Below are positions 1 to 12,789 of a stretch of DNA of 64,000 nt, piece by piece. The stretch covers positions 41,719,572-41,783,571 of the forward strand of contig CP154954.1 of NCBI GenBank assembly GCA_039621445.1. The letters are read 5' to 3'. Origin of the DNA: Euglena gracilis. Lineage: Eukaryota. Each line of letters starts with the position of its first letter. Position 1 is the first letter of the stretch. Made by a program: the position numbers and the translations under genes. The notes under the pieces are model-generated. The model saw only the letters and a list, made by a program, of their open reading frames with translations, did not search any database and was not told the DNA's origin.

Positions 1-1078
1 GCTTGTTCTGGACCTTGGCATCAACTTTGTTTGTTTTTTTTTTACTATTTCCGCAAATTTCCGAAAATTATTCTGCAAAATGTCGCAATTTCGCAACAGT
101 GATTGTTTAAAGTCTCCATCCATATCCTTCCTGATCTGTGTACATTTGCTTAAAAAATTCTGATCAAAAATGCTACATTCCACATCATGGATGCATTTCT
201 CTGATGTAAAGAAGTCAATAAATCCACCATTGGGCACCATTGGGCATTGCATGCATTGTTTGGCACCGGTTGCCTCTTGTTGACTTAACCCCCAATTAGA
301 AGCCCCCCGGATTTCACTCTGCGGAAAACCCGAGTGGGGTGCGCCACGGGTCAGGTTTTTGCCGGCCAAAGGCCAGGCCGGAAAATTTTTTTCCAGCATT
401 TTCGGTCGACGTTGGCTGGGTTTTGGGTGGCTGGGTGGGTGGGTGGTGTTGACCCCCCCCCCGGAGTTGTGGGTGGGTGGTTTTTTTTTTGGTGGTTTTG
501 GTTTTCAAAAAGTGGGTGGGTGGGTTTGGGTCCCATCCAAGGGGGGGTCACCAAGTGTCTCTATGGTCCCAACCACTCCTCCTGACCCTTGGTCTGGACA
601 GAGTCCTTGACATAGCAAAACGTGGTTTGCCCAGTTGTTGTGCCCTTGCCTGGTTTCCATGGGAATGTGCATGGTTGCTGGAACCCAATGTGCATTGCCT
701 TGGCAATGATGCAGGAAGTTCCCATTTGGGTGGTTTGGTTTGATTTGACGAACCAGCAGGTTGCAAGGTTAGGGTCAGTGTTTGCCCCCAATGGGATTGG
801 GGCACTGGCTGGTGTCTTTCAACCCTGCAGCACGGTTGCCTCACACTCCTCCAGGCTTGCGTTGTAGAAAGGAATGGTTGCTGATTCTCTTTTACCCACT
901 GGCAAAAAAATGGGCATTCCATCCTCTGGTAATGAGCAGACATGTTTTTGCCATGGGATGAAGTCTTTTGTAATCCAATGCCACTGCACTTATTTTTCCC
1001 CCTTTTGTGATCCGCAAAAAAAATTATCTGTGACTCGGTAAACGTTTGTCATGTGCTCCGGAGCGGTTTCATTTGCAG

Positions 1079-1337
1079 CCCAGCCCTCAGGAACAATTTG
1101 CTGATTTTGCCCTTTTGAAACAGACTCAAAAATTGCTCAAGAAGGTAAAGAAACTGGGCTCCAATTGTGGATTTCAGTTCTTTTTGGCATTTGCAAATAG
1201 TGTTCAACAACAAGTCTATTCTTTTTTTTTTGCAGCGGTTCACCAAACTTTGTCGGCATCGTTGGCAAATGGAACTCGTGAGGGAACAAGCGGAAGAGGA
1301 ACTCCTGAGGGGGAAACTGCCGCAAATGGTGGAAGGG
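1079..1337 (+). CDS. Two candidate exons of an unidentified gene (1079-1144, 1236-~1337)
   Basis: ttgcag acceptor at 1078. AAG|gtaaag donor at 1145, T11-gcag acceptor at 1235 (91-bp GT-AG intron, phase 0 on both sides). Joined peptide PSPQEQFADFALLKQTQKLLKK/RFTKLCRHRWQMELVREQAEEELLRGKLPQMVE. No family recognised; downstream donor uncertain. Confidence 0.5.
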
Positions 1338-1342
1338 GCAAT

Positions 1343-1446
1343 ACACACACACACACACATACACACATATATGTACATGCATATGGATTGTATGTATGCA
1401 TGTATATGTATGTATGTACACACACATATATATATATTATGTGTGT
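1343..1446. repeat. Compound (CA)n/(TATG)n/(TA)n microsatellite
   Basis: Directly visible. Confidence 0.9.
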
Positions 1447-1455
1447 TTTTGGCAA

Positions 1456-1653
1456 GTGTACCCTTTGATACCCCCTTTGACCTGGAGGGGATTTTTGGGT
1501 TATTGAAAGAACAGGGTTGGGGTCAGCCTTGGGCTCTTAGACCTAATTTATAGATTAGTGTTAGGCCTGCGCATGAGTCTAAACTTAGGCCCAACCCTCA
1601 TCCTATTCCTTCAAAAACCCAAAAATCTGCTCTGGGGGGTACCAAAGGGACCC
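1456..1653. mobile_element. Degenerate fold-back / MITE-like element
   Basis: gtaccctttgatacccc pairs with ggggtaccaaagggac; gatttttgggttattgaa pairs with ttcaaaaacccaaaaatc. Confidence 0.55.
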
Positions 1654-2443
1654 TGGCTTGAGACTGGACAGCTGGGAAAGGTTGGTTGTTCTTCTTCTTA
1701 GGTCTCAAAGTGGGCCTAGCCTCCGAACGGCCCCATCCGTCACTTGCGACGCTATTCCGCCACTATAAGGGTGACAGGGGGTGTCATATGCCTGGCTGGG
1801 CCGGCCAGGGCTTGTCTGCGTGACGTCGCTCCGCACAACAAAACACGGGGAACCGGTGGGTAGTGTCTGGCTCAGACACCGTCCCTCCCTGCCCTACCCC
1901 GGGGCCCATATGTGCAAATGCCAAACCAACCCCGGTGGGAGTCGCTTCCACACCAGCGGAACGCTGTCCTCGCTGCCCCCTGCAGTCCACTCTGTATGAT
2001 ATTCGCTTCTGCTGGGGCATTTGATGACATCAAAGCAGTAGGTGAAAGGCTCGTGCACATAAGGTAATAACAGGCCACCAACCGGCATTTGTCGCTTGAT
2101 CTGCCCACACTTTCACAACCAATGCCCCCATCACATCACATCACCTGTGCTCCAGCTGGACTATATACCTCTCTTCCTGATCTGGTGCTTTCCTGATTCC
2201 TCATTTCATTTGTTGGCTTATTTGTTTAGTTGGCACCCCTCCCCCCCCGGAGGAGGGTTTATTTGTCGAAAATGTCCAAGTGTGTGAGAATCTGGGAATG
2301 AACCTCAAAAATGACTCCCGAAAGCGAGTCCCTGTCTTGAAGGCGGATTGTGGGTGTTCAATTGACTCTTTTGCCCCCAATCTTTTGTGCTAGCATTGGC
2401 CATTGGCCATTTGCTGACACTTTTTTGGGGAGGGTTGGGTCAG

Positions 2444-4302
2444 CCCCGCACCGCTGGGGCGTCGGGGCTCCCTGCCACCGGTGGAGTACGCCGACCTGCC
2501 CATGCTGACGGACCTCGCGCTGGCCGGGGCCACCGCCACCGTGCAGTGCGCAGGGTGGGGCTTCAGGTTTTTTTATTATTGATGGCCGCCCTTGCGGACC
2601 ACCCTTGAGGACCGCCCTCGAAAGCCGGCCAACAGCTGGTGTGGGGCCCGAACGGGGTCGAAAACGAAAAGAAAAAAAAGTGAAAAAAAATTTTCTTTTG
2701 GGTGGGCGATGGCACGAAGATGCGATAAACAAACCCTGTTGTCGACCGGCTTTCGCCGAGAAAAGGTCGAGTTCCCCGCCGCTTTGGAATGTGCTGAAAC
2801 AGGGGTTTCCCTCGCCAAGGATCACCCTGGCCGCACGCCTCCGCCGCCATCTCCGCCACGGCGCCGCTCAGGCACAGCCCTTGGGCTGGGACCGACCCCC
2901 TCCCCCTCCCTCCGCCGACCCGTTGGCTGCGGCTTCAGCGGATCATGCCAGGCCCTCCTGCCCGAGAACACGGCCGTGTCCCTGTCAGCTGCTTCACCAC
3001 CGCTCTTTTTTTCCTGGTGCCGGGTCAGTACTGCCCAGCTCTGGGTGAGGTGTCTTCTAGGCCCCCCCTTCCCGCGATGTGCCGTCAGCCGCGCCGTCCC
3101 CAACCCCCGCCGAGCCCTCTCCGGCCAGCTGCAGCAGTACCTGTCTGCCAGCCCCCCGGACTTGAACTCCAGTCACCCCGCCTCTTTCACCGCCTGCCCG
3201 GACATCTTGGGCGGTAACTGGCAACTCGAGGAGGTGGGGGGGGGGGGGGAGAAAGAGAATAGAAAAAAAGGGGGGCACCTCGAAAAGGCTGGGGGCGGGG
3301 GGGGGGGAGGCGAAAAAGTTGGTTCCGGTCTCCTGGCACCCTGCCGGGTTATTTGGGGTGATTGCAATTCCTCTCTTCCCATTGGGCATCCCACTTCTGG
3401 TATTGTGCGCCGGTCTGCCCACAGGTGTGTAACTTGGACCGCCATGGGTTGGATTTGGGCATTTGGTGCCGTGCCACCCAACCACCCAGCCGACCGGTCA
3501 GGTCGCAGTCCTGGGGGGGAGGGTCAGATTAATACGATGAGGCTATGCTCAAGAATTTTCAAGGGCTAGGGAAATTCTAAGTTGATCGTATAAGCTCCCC
3601 TCCCCCCGGTTTCACTAAGGTGACAAAAATTGCGGTGGGGGTTTTATTGGACAGCGGTCTCCAAAAAAGGCCGCATTCCACTCATGGCTGCGAACAGGGG
3701 TGTTTGTTGGAACAACCAGGGTGTTTGTTGGGCGCGGGGTGTACGCACTCATTCAATTAGAAGTTCCCCACAACCTCACGGAGGAACAGCCTTGCATTGC
3801 ATGCGAAATGACATCTTTTACGTCAGTCCATTCATCCCATGGCCTTCAGAATTCCATCCTGGTCACACTCCAGTCGCTGTCAGTAATGTGCAATCCAAAG
3901 ACGAGGAACGTTGACGACCTTGCACCTTCCCGACCCTGTCTGGTCCAGGGGTCAACCCTTATGAGGTCAAAGTTGGGCAGGATTTTTTGGGCCACAATTT
4001 TCGCCAAAACAGTGTCCCAAAAGCACATGTCGGTCAATTTTGGATTTGGCGGGGGTCAGGCTTGTTCACTTGGCCCTGCAACCTTTCAGGAAAGGGTTTC
4101 CTCCCCACTAAACTGAGGGGGTGAGTCCAGCGAAAGGCGTGGGTGCGGCCAGCTGCTTCGTCGTCTTCATCGGGCAGAACGACATCAGCTACACCGCGGG
4201 GCAGCTGCTCAAGAGCAACTCCGACGCAGCCGTCATCATCGTGAACATCCTCACGGACATCGTGGGGGCGGTGGCCCGGCTGGCGGCGCGGGTGTGTCGC
4301 CG
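2444..4302 (+). pseudogene. GDSL/SGNH hydrolase internal exons, copy 1 (no block I exon upstream)
   Basis: Exon 2444-2554 ...YADLPMLTDLALAGATAT (block II-like); ~3110-3232 ALSGQLQQYLSASP; exon 4131-~4302 CFVVFIGQNDISY...VARLAAR (block III GxND at 4172-4183). GC3-rich codons and AG/GT boundaries. Confidence 0.7.
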
Positions 4303-4330
4303 CCCCAACACGCAAGAGGCCCACCGCGCC

Positions 4331-5425
4331 GTGCGAGATGGGCCGCCACCCAACTTCACTGGTTGCCCATCTCGCACTTAAGCTTTTTTTGGTCGATGTG
4401 CGCATTTTCGCACATCGACCAAATTTTGATTTGGGCGCCGGCATAACAAGGGGCGAGAACGAGAGGGAGCAAGATTGGACAAAATACGGGCGATTTCTCA
4501 TTTTGGGGACCGGCGCGCCGGGGAATTGCATATTTTTTTTGCCGTTTTTTTTTTGAAGTCGGAAATGCGCGTAGACCCCAGGGCCTTTCGCCCCCAAGTG
4601 AAAAAACACCGACGAAAAACCCAAAACCCGGGTACTGCAACCCCCCATTTTGTGCGATGCGGCTCTGCTCGCCGGTTGTTGGTGGCCCTGGCTGGCTCTC
4701 TCTGGGGGTTTTGGCGCACTGTTTTGTTTTTGCAAGCCTCGGTCTTGTGTTCTTGGATGTTTGCCGGAGGGCGGGGAACAAGGATGGGGGGGTTAGGGTG
4801 GGTCTAATCGCGTCACTGGACAGGGACACAGAAAGGAAGGTGTGCCTGGGGAAGGTTGCCTGGGGATTTTGCAGGTGAAGGGAAAGTGGTTTTAAGGGGA
4901 GGGAAGGGTCGCACGTCCTCACCGAACTTACAGTGGGGATATGTCCCGCCAAATTGTGTCGTGATGAAACGGGAGAGGGTATCACACAAATTTCAATGGA
5001 GTGATATATTACAGCCATATTTAGAAAAGGAATAATGTCGATGTGCGCAATTTCGCACATCGACCATTCAATGGTTCCCCTGAAGAACGACCATAAACAC
5101 CACAGAATTCGTTTTGCTGAATGCGGTGCGACAAATACCAATGAGTTTGGGACAGAAGATGGGGTCGCTTTGTGCAAATGCGCACACCGTCAATGTGTGC
5201 GCATTTGCGCAAACCGACCCCATGTGTATTTGTGAAAGGGATGCGAACAAGTATCATGGCACATAAACAGGCCTCGCTGCCTTGAGTCTTTTGACACAAC
5301 AATAGCTGGAAGGGCCTACGACGATTGCTCTGAAAACAGACAGAAATGCAATGAAAAAAACATATGTACCAAGTACCAGGTCGGAATGAAAAAAGTGGTC
5401 GGTTTGCGCAAATGCGCACATGGTC
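4331..5425. repeat. Cluster of palindromes/hairpins, probably subterminal repeats of a non-autonomous DNA element
   Basis: 13-bp arms at 4331-4343/4365-4377; 12-bp arms at 4391-4420; same motif at ~5037-5065; long hairpin at 5161-5221. Confidence 0.7.
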
Positions 5426-5499
5426 GGCGTGACACATTTTCACAAACCGACCACGGGCATAAAGATGGACGTCGTCGGAGTGCAAAATGGTGACACCAC

Positions 5500-6500
5500 G
5501 ATGTGCACACCGACCACGATAGCAAAATTTCGGACAACACATCAAACACGACCCCAGACATCACCAGCAGTGGCTGCTTCGGTGTGCAATTTCAGCTGCC
5601 ACACACCTCCACCACGAGCTTTTTTTCAGGGCCGATTCTTGCCCAGTGACAGGTCCAGGTCCATTTGGAGACTGCAGACCTCTAGTAATGGTCCGCCCGC
5701 TTTTTTGTCACTCTTTAACTCCGCCCCCCGCTGTTCCTCGCCCCCATGGCGTGTGTTTTGCTGCAAATCCGTTCAGGTGATGATTATTTTGTTCCATTTA
5801 CCTATTTGCCCCATTTGAAAGTTTCCTCCAGACCACAACCGTCCCTCTTGTTTCGGGATAAGTGATGCGAATTTCAAGACAAACTTGTTTATAATTTCAG
5901 CTTTTACACCTGGTGATTTGAATATGTTTGTTCCCTCTGAAGCCAACACTCTGTTTGCACAATAGTTTATAACACAGATTTAAAAAAAAATCCCACCCCA
6001 CACCAGTGCAAAAAATTGGTTTTAAAACCTTGCACGTGCAAACCATTTTGCACACTTAGTTGGTAAATAATTTTTCACAAAATCCCATAGTCTCGGACGT
6101 GCGGAAACAATCCCATCAGAACATCCACCCTGATGCAAACCAAAATATCGGGGGTGAAAAAATGTTTTTTGATGATGTCGTTAAACCAAAACACCGACGG
6201 TGCTAAGTGACGTCGTCCTCTTCTCATTCTTTCTGCTGAACGACCAACCTTCCACACGACCCCAACATCACCAGCAGTCCCTCGCGGCGACCACCCTCCC
6301 CACTTTTTTCAGGCCCCGATTATCGTCCCATCAAACAAAGCAGTCACCTCTAAACTCATACCGCCCGCTGGTGGGGGGCAACGTCGTGGCACACGTGTAA
6401 CGGCGCCGCTTGGGCAAGGGGTGGCCCTCGAAAAACCCCCACCACTTGCCCCATGGCTTGTGTTTTGCTGCAAAAGTCACATCAGGTGATGATAGGTGGT
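5500..6500 (+). repeat. Diverged ~0.7-kb tandem duplication (one unit missing in copy 2)
   Basis: acacgacccc..catcaccagcag at ~5546 and ~6255; ccccatggc.tgtgttttgctgcaaa at ~5742 and ~6450; ccgcccgct at 5693 and 6361. Confidence 0.75.
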
Positions 6501-7139
6501 TGCATTTAAGCATCCACAAGGCTGTCATTAACCCCCCTGGTTCATCCCCCACAACCGGGACGGGGGGCGGGCATGCTGCGGGTCGATGGAAACAATAGTA
6601 AATGGGAGCGTCTTAAATGTGGCCACAAAGCTCACTGTTTTGGAGGGAGAGAATATTTAATGTTTACACCTGGTTGAGTTGCGTGAAAGTATTGGGCCTC
6701 GGCACCCTGATGTTGTGTACAAAAACTGGTGTGCTGCATGTTTTCTGAGGGAAAAACGAGGCATCCGTGTGGTAAGAATGGAAAAACAATTCCCGGCCGA
6801 GGCATCAGGAAGATTACACATGCGTAATTTTGCAATTTTGGAAGTCGTTATTTTTGATGAAAAGTGTCCAGCAATCACGGGGGGTTGCGCGCCATCAATT
6901 CCTCCTGCGCAACTTCCAAACTGATGACGTGAAAACGATTGGTTGTGCGGGTTGGAAATAAGACATTGAAACCTGCCTATGGAGCAGACAAACTTTTTCC
7001 TGTCATAGAGCGTGTTCTTTACATTTCGCTTTACCAAAAACCAGATTTCGTCACCACACTTCAAAAGTTTGTCGTCCACAATGGTCGGTATGTGCAAACG
7101 TGCACATCAACTGTTAAGGACGAAGAGCACACCATAATA

Positions 7140-7561
7140 CGGAGGTAAAACAAAGGTAACCCCCCCAAATATAAAGCCCCCCCAGGGGGTTTGGTTTTGC
7201 CGCCTAAATGTAAAGCCCCCCCTGACGTGGAGCCAGACGCTGGTGTCATTCAAGAAAAAGTTTGAATTTTTGGGTGGATACAATATTTTCCTCTCCAGAG
7301 ATGCTGCATTTGGGATAAGAATTGCACATTTCTGCGAAAAATTGGAGGTACACAACGAAAATATGGCATAAAATTGGTATTTGGCCACAATCGAAGGCCG
7401 TTGAAGGTCATAGAGGCCACCCAAAAAAGTTTGATTCCCCCCCAAATATAAAGCCCCCCCAAATATGAAGCCCTCCCTGAGGGTATTGAAATCCTGTCCA
7501 AATGTAAAGCCCCCCCCCCCGGCTTTATATTTGGTGGGGGGTTTATATTTATTAGCCACCG
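7140..7561. mobile_element. MITE with ~40-bp imperfect TIRs, Tc1/mariner/pogo-like
   Basis: Left end TA|cggaggt...cccccaaatataaagcc; right end ggctttatatttggtggggggtttatatttattagccaccg; internal aaatataaagcccccc repeats. Right TA is degenerate. Confidence 0.6.
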
Positions 7562-8429
7562 TTCTTTGTCGCACATTGCAAACAGCACCCCTTCAAAACC
7601 CTTGCCCGAACCTTTTCTTCCAGAGCCAAGAAAAGGCAGGTGTTGTGTTTCATGTGGCAATATAAAAAATGTGGAGGATATTTCACAAATTCCAGCCCCG
7701 GATCCCCCCTCCCCCCCTATCCCCCCCAGAGGGGTCCAGCCAGCAGCTCATTTCCAGCCAGCAGCCTTTTTGCCAGCTGGACCCCCCCCCCCCCGGGGGT
7801 CCTTAAGAAAACCCCTGTGGGGTCACTATTCGGAACGTTGGTCGAAAACCGGGGGGACTTCTATTCGGGGGGTGGGGGGCACTATTCGGGGGGGGGGGGG
7901 CTTCTATTCAGGGGGGTTTATGGCGGGTTGCACTGCAGCCATTCCAAGATCCGCAAGCTGGGGGGGACGCCAGAAGCAACTATTCAACAATCAACAGGAG
8001 CAAAAAAAGAAGGTTAGCTACTAGCGCCAACGGCCGCAAATGCATTCTGCACAAAGCCATTTGCAAACAACCACATGTGCATCTGTTGCACCCTTCGCAA
8101 TGGATGCCAAACCACAACGTTTCCTAAAAAGTTGGAGCAAATCACCACCCATCAAGCAGCTGGGCATGGTGATGGGTTGAAATCATCTGTCTTGTCTGAA
8201 GATTTATCGAATGAGCTGTTTCCACATATTTCTTTCTGCAATTTCTGAGCCCTCCCCCCAATGGTATCTCTCATCTTTTGCCATCGTGTGGGCTGTTCTG
8301 GGCTGTTCTGTGACGTGCTGTGGTGTACGTTATGTGTTATGTGCCCCTCTGCCAGGCTTCTGCTTAAGGGTTTGCGGTGCCCCCTGGTGGGGGGCTCCAC
8401 CCACAAGTCCAAATTTGCCTGCAAAGGGG

Positions 8430-9292
8430 GGCCCCCATACCCCCCCCCATACCCCATACCCCCCCCATACCCCACACCCCCCATACCCCACACCCATACC
8501 CACCCAACCCCCCCCTCCCCCCCCATCCCCCCCCATCCCCCAAAATTTTTTTTTCCCCGGAAGCGTTTTTTTTTGGCCTCCTGGACCCTTTTGTGGTCAA
8601 ATCACGCGACGTATGCAACTGTTCGAGTGCCCGGGGGGGGGGGGGGGGGCTCCCGCCCCCCCCCCCCCCCGGACCCCCCCCGGCAAAAAAAAATAACCTC
8701 ATCCTTGTCTACCGATCTGTTTTTGTGGTCAAATCGCGCTTTGTGGTCAAATCGCGCGATGTATGCAACTGTTCGAGTGCCCGGGGGGGGCTCCCGCCCC
8801 CCCCCGGACCCCCCCCGGCAAAAAAAAATAACCTCATCCTTGTCTACCGATCTGTTTTTGTGGCCAAATCGCGCTTTGTGGTCAAATCGCGCGATGTATG
8901 CAACTGTTCGAGTGCCGGGGGGGGGCTCCCGCCCCCCCGGACCCCCCCCCCGGCAAAAAAAAATAACCTCATCCTTGTCTACCGATCTTTTTTGTGGCCA
9001 AATCGCGCTTTGTGGTCAAATCGCGCGATGTATGCAACTGTTCGAGTGCCCGGGGGGGGCTCCCGCCCCCCCCCCCCCCCGGACCACCCCGGCAAAAAAA
9101 ATAACCTCATCCTAGTCTACCGATCATTTTTTGTGGCCAAATCGCGGTTTGTGGTCAAATCGCGCGACTTGTGCAACTGTTCCAGGGGCCATAAACCTCA
9201 TCATCAACAACCCCTCCAACCCCCTCCCCCATACCCCCCCATACCCCCATACCCCCCCCCATACCCCCCCATACCCCCCCCTACCCCCCATA
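8430..9292 (+). repeat. ~135-150-bp tandem array (~4.3 units, 8590-9185) flanked by (CATACCCCCC)n tracts
   Basis: Unit ttgtggtcaaatcgcgcgatgtatgcaactgttcgagtgccc... at 8591, 8741, 8876, 9010, ~9150; duplicated at ~32760-33613. Confidence 0.95.
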
Positions 9293-9293
9293 C

Positions 9294-12110
9294 CAGGGTG
9301 TGACGTAGAGCTGAGCTCTTTGGGAGACCACCCCGGCGGCCCGGCCGGCGGCCCGGCGGCCCGGCGGCCCGGCCCGGCAGCCCGGCACGGCCGGCGGCCC
9401 GGCGGCCCGGAGGCCCGGCCCGGCCGGCGGCCCGGCGGCCCGGTCCGGCCCAGGAAAAAACGGTCATTTTCGGTTCAAAAACAGGTTTTTCGGGTCTGGG
9501 AGGCCAGGCCTAAAGACATCGTTTTTGGCAAATAAAAAAATAATAAAAAATTTTCGATTTTTTCGACTTTTTTGGCCCAGTTTGATTCAAAGTCAATGGG
9601 TGGGCGGCCCAAAACGGCGCGCTGGCGGGGCGAAAAACGCTCATTTTCGACTCAAAAACAGGTTTTACGGGTCCTGGAGGCCCAAAAACATTGTTCTGGG
9701 CAAAAAAAAATTTCGATTTTTTTCGACTTTTTTGACTTAGTTTTGACCTAAAATCAATGGGTCGGCGGCCCAAAATGGGGCGCTGGCGGGTAAAAAAACG
9801 CTGATTTTTGGCTCGAAAACACTTTTTTCGGGTCCGGGAGGCCAAAAATCATGGTTTTAAGCAAAAAAAAAATTTCAATTTTTTTCGACTTTTTGACCCA
9901 AAAATGGCTAAGTCCACCGGCCAGGGGCGGGCCCCAGCCAGAGGGGGGCAGAGGGGGGGGGGTCCGGGTCGGAAAATTTTTTTTCACTCAAAAACACTTT
10001 TTTTGATGTTCTGAAGTGAAAAAAGGTGTTTTTGAGCGAAAAAAATTTTTCAAAATTTTGGGTAACGACCTGCCACCCGACCTCCACTCGACCAGCCGAC
10101 TTCAGACCACTGCAGGGGCCACCAAAAAACCAAAACCGGCCCAAAGACGCACAACCAGACCCCGGGAACCGCAAAAAAACGGTCAAAACCCCCCCTTAAA
10201 CCTAATGATTGACCCCCTGGTTTGGGTCCCAACTCCCCGTCTAGCCCGAGATACGGCCAATTTACGGTTTCGGGCCCCGAATGGGCCCGAAATGGCCAAA
10301 ACTGGCCAAACTGGCCCAAAACCCCAAAACGGCCGTATCTCGGGCTAGGCGAGGAGTTGGCCCATACCGCGCATACCGATCGATCGGGCGTCCCAAAGTT
10401 GTGGAATGACGTCCTCTTTAATTTTTCTCAACTCCGCAGCGTTTTCGAGATATTTCGAATTTTTCGATTTTTTGACCCCAAAATGACCCTGCAATTTCCC
10501 GGAAAAAAAACGGTAGACAACTTGTTTGCTCGGCCTAAAACTCCAGACTGGCGGGGAGTTGCGGGTAACCCAAGGGCTCTGGAGAAACTAGGGACCCTCT
10601 CCTAACCTATAGGCTATTCACTTTGGGGGCCCGGAAATCCAATCACATCGATAATCCTCGGGTGGCCGGACCTACTCAGGGGGGGGGGGGGGGGGGGGGG
10701 TGGGGGGGGGGGGGGGGGGGGGTTTCGGGGGGGTGGTAAGCTTCGCTCTTACTCTAAAGAGATAAGAGCTCAGCGACCAGGGTGTGACGTAGAGCTGAGC
10801 TCTTTGGGAGACCACCGCAGCCCGGCCCGGCGCCCGGCGCGGCCCGGCCCGGCCGGCGGCCCGGCGGCACGGCGGCCCGGCAGCCCGGCGGCCCGGCCGG
10901 CTGGCGGGTCGAAATACGCTCATTTTCGGCTCAAAAACAGGTTTTACGTGTCCTGGAGGCCAAAAAACATTGTTCTGGGCAAAACAAAATTTTTCGATTT
11001 TTTCGACTTTTTTGGCCCGGTTTTGACCCAAAGTCAATGAGTTGGTGGCCAAAATGGGGCACTGACGGTGGAAAAACGCCCATTTTCGGCTCAAAAACAG
11101 TTTTTCCGGGTCAGGGAGGTCAAAAAACATGATTTTGGGGCAAAAAATTTTTTTCGATTTTTTTCGACTTTTTTGGCCCGGTTTTGACCCAAAGTCAATG
11201 GGTTGGCGGCCCAAAACGAGGCGCTGGCGGGTCGAAAAACGCTCATTTTTGGCTCGAAAACACTTTTTTCGGCTCCGGGAGGTCAAAAAACATGTTTTTG
11301 GGCCAAAAAATTTTTTTTGAATTTTTTCGACTTTTTGACCCATAAATGGCTATCCACCGGCCAGGGGGGGGGGGCAGGCCACAGCCACGGGGGGCATGGG
11401 GGGGGTCCGGGTCGGAAAATTTTTTTCGCTCAAAAACACTTTTTTTGATGTTCTGAAGTGAAAAAAAGTGTCAATTTTCAAATTTTTGGGTCCCAACCAG
11501 CCAACCCGACCCCCCTCGCCCAGCCGCCCTCACAGCGCCTGCAGGGGTCCCCGAATACCCAAAACTGGCCCAAAATCGCGCAACCAGACCCCGGGAACCC
11601 CAAAAAACGGTCAAAACCCCCCCCTAAACCTAATGTTTGACCCCCTGGTTTGGGTTCCAACTCCTCGTCTAGCCCGAGATATGGGCAATTTACGGTTTCT
11701 GGCCCCGAATGGGCCCGAAATGGCCAAAGCTGGCCAAACTGGCCCAAAACCCCAAAACGGCCGTATCTCGGGCTACGCGAAGAGTTGGCCCAAACCGCGC
11801 ATACCGATCGATCGGGCGTCCCAAAGTTGTGGAATGACGTCCTCTTTAATTTTTCTTAACTCAGCAGCGTTTTCGAGATATTTTGAATTTTTCGATTTTT
11901 TGACCCCAAAATGACCCTGCAATTTCCCCGGAAAAAAAACGGTAGACAACTTTTTTGCTCGGGCCATATCTCCGGACTGGTGGGGAGTTGCAGGTAACCC
12001 AAGGGCTCTAGAGATACTAGGGACCCTCTCCTAACCTATAGGCTATTCACTTTGTGGGCCCGGAAATCCAATCACATCGATAATCCTCGGGGGCCATTGC
12101 CTACCCAGGG
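9294..12110 (+). repeat. Two diverged head-to-tail ~1.4-1.5-kb repeat units (9294 and 10778)
   Basis: Both start cagggtgtgacgtagagctgagctctttgggagaccac, contain (GGCCC/GGC)n and ttttcgattttttcgacttttt...caaagtcaatggg subrepeats, and end ...aatcacatcgataatcctcggg...poly-G. Repeated at 33615 and 35105. Confidence 0.9.
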
Positions 12111-12789
12111 GGGGGGGCGGGGGGGGGGCGGGGGGGGCGGGGGGGGGGGGGGGGGGGGGGCGGGGGGGATTTGGATTTGGATTTGTTGTGCCCCGCGTTG
12201 TTGCGCAGTGCCTCCAGCCGTGGGCGTACACAAGCACCACTCTGGAGGGCACCCCCGGAGCCCGGGCATTGCAATTTGATTTGGGAGTTTGGGATTTGGT
12301 TGGGGGTTCGCCTGTGGGGGTGTGTGGGGTTTGGTGTCCAGGGGGCAAATAGAGTGAGGCCGGGATGGTATGATGGGGGGATGAGGGCGTGCAAGCTGGG
12401 GGGCAGAGGCTGGGGGAATGAGTGGGAATGGGGGGCACAAATCGGAATGATGTGATGTTCCCACCGGACCGGGGCCCTCCTCCCGAGGGTCGGTCAGGGT
12501 AGAGGGTGGGGAACGCAGAAATGATGCAGAAAAAAAATAGACCAAGCTGGGTGCACCCTGGTCGCCGTACCCCCGGGGTGATATGGGGTCCACTCCTCTC
12601 CTTCGCCACAGAGAGGCTGTGCTCCGTCACGGAGGGGGGGGGGTTGATCCCCGCTACCTCGAACCTGAGGGGGGGCCGAAAATTCTTCTTTCATGGACGG
12701 GCAAAGGGCCGGAAATCGGCGTTTGATTGCGTTTATCCCAAATTTCGAACAACAGGACCAACACGGGGTGGTTGTGGTAATCTACAATT

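Noticed and set aside
4792-4800. TTAGGG telomere-like hexamers (also ~769, ~14881)
   Set aside because: Isolated single copies, no array
8590-9185. CRISPR-like regular repeats (also 12790-14260 and 21205-21550)
   Set aside because: Whole units repeat with no unique spacers, there are no cas genes, and the context is eukaryotic
10773-12565. 12-bp inverted repeat gcgaccagggtg / caccctggtcgc as possible TIRs
   Set aside because: No TSD, and the sibling unit at 9294 has a different left flank; may be chance
8211-12630. Pro/Gly/Phe/Lys-rich ORFs
   Set aside because: Arise from homopolymer tracts and tandem repeats; frames differ between the two copies
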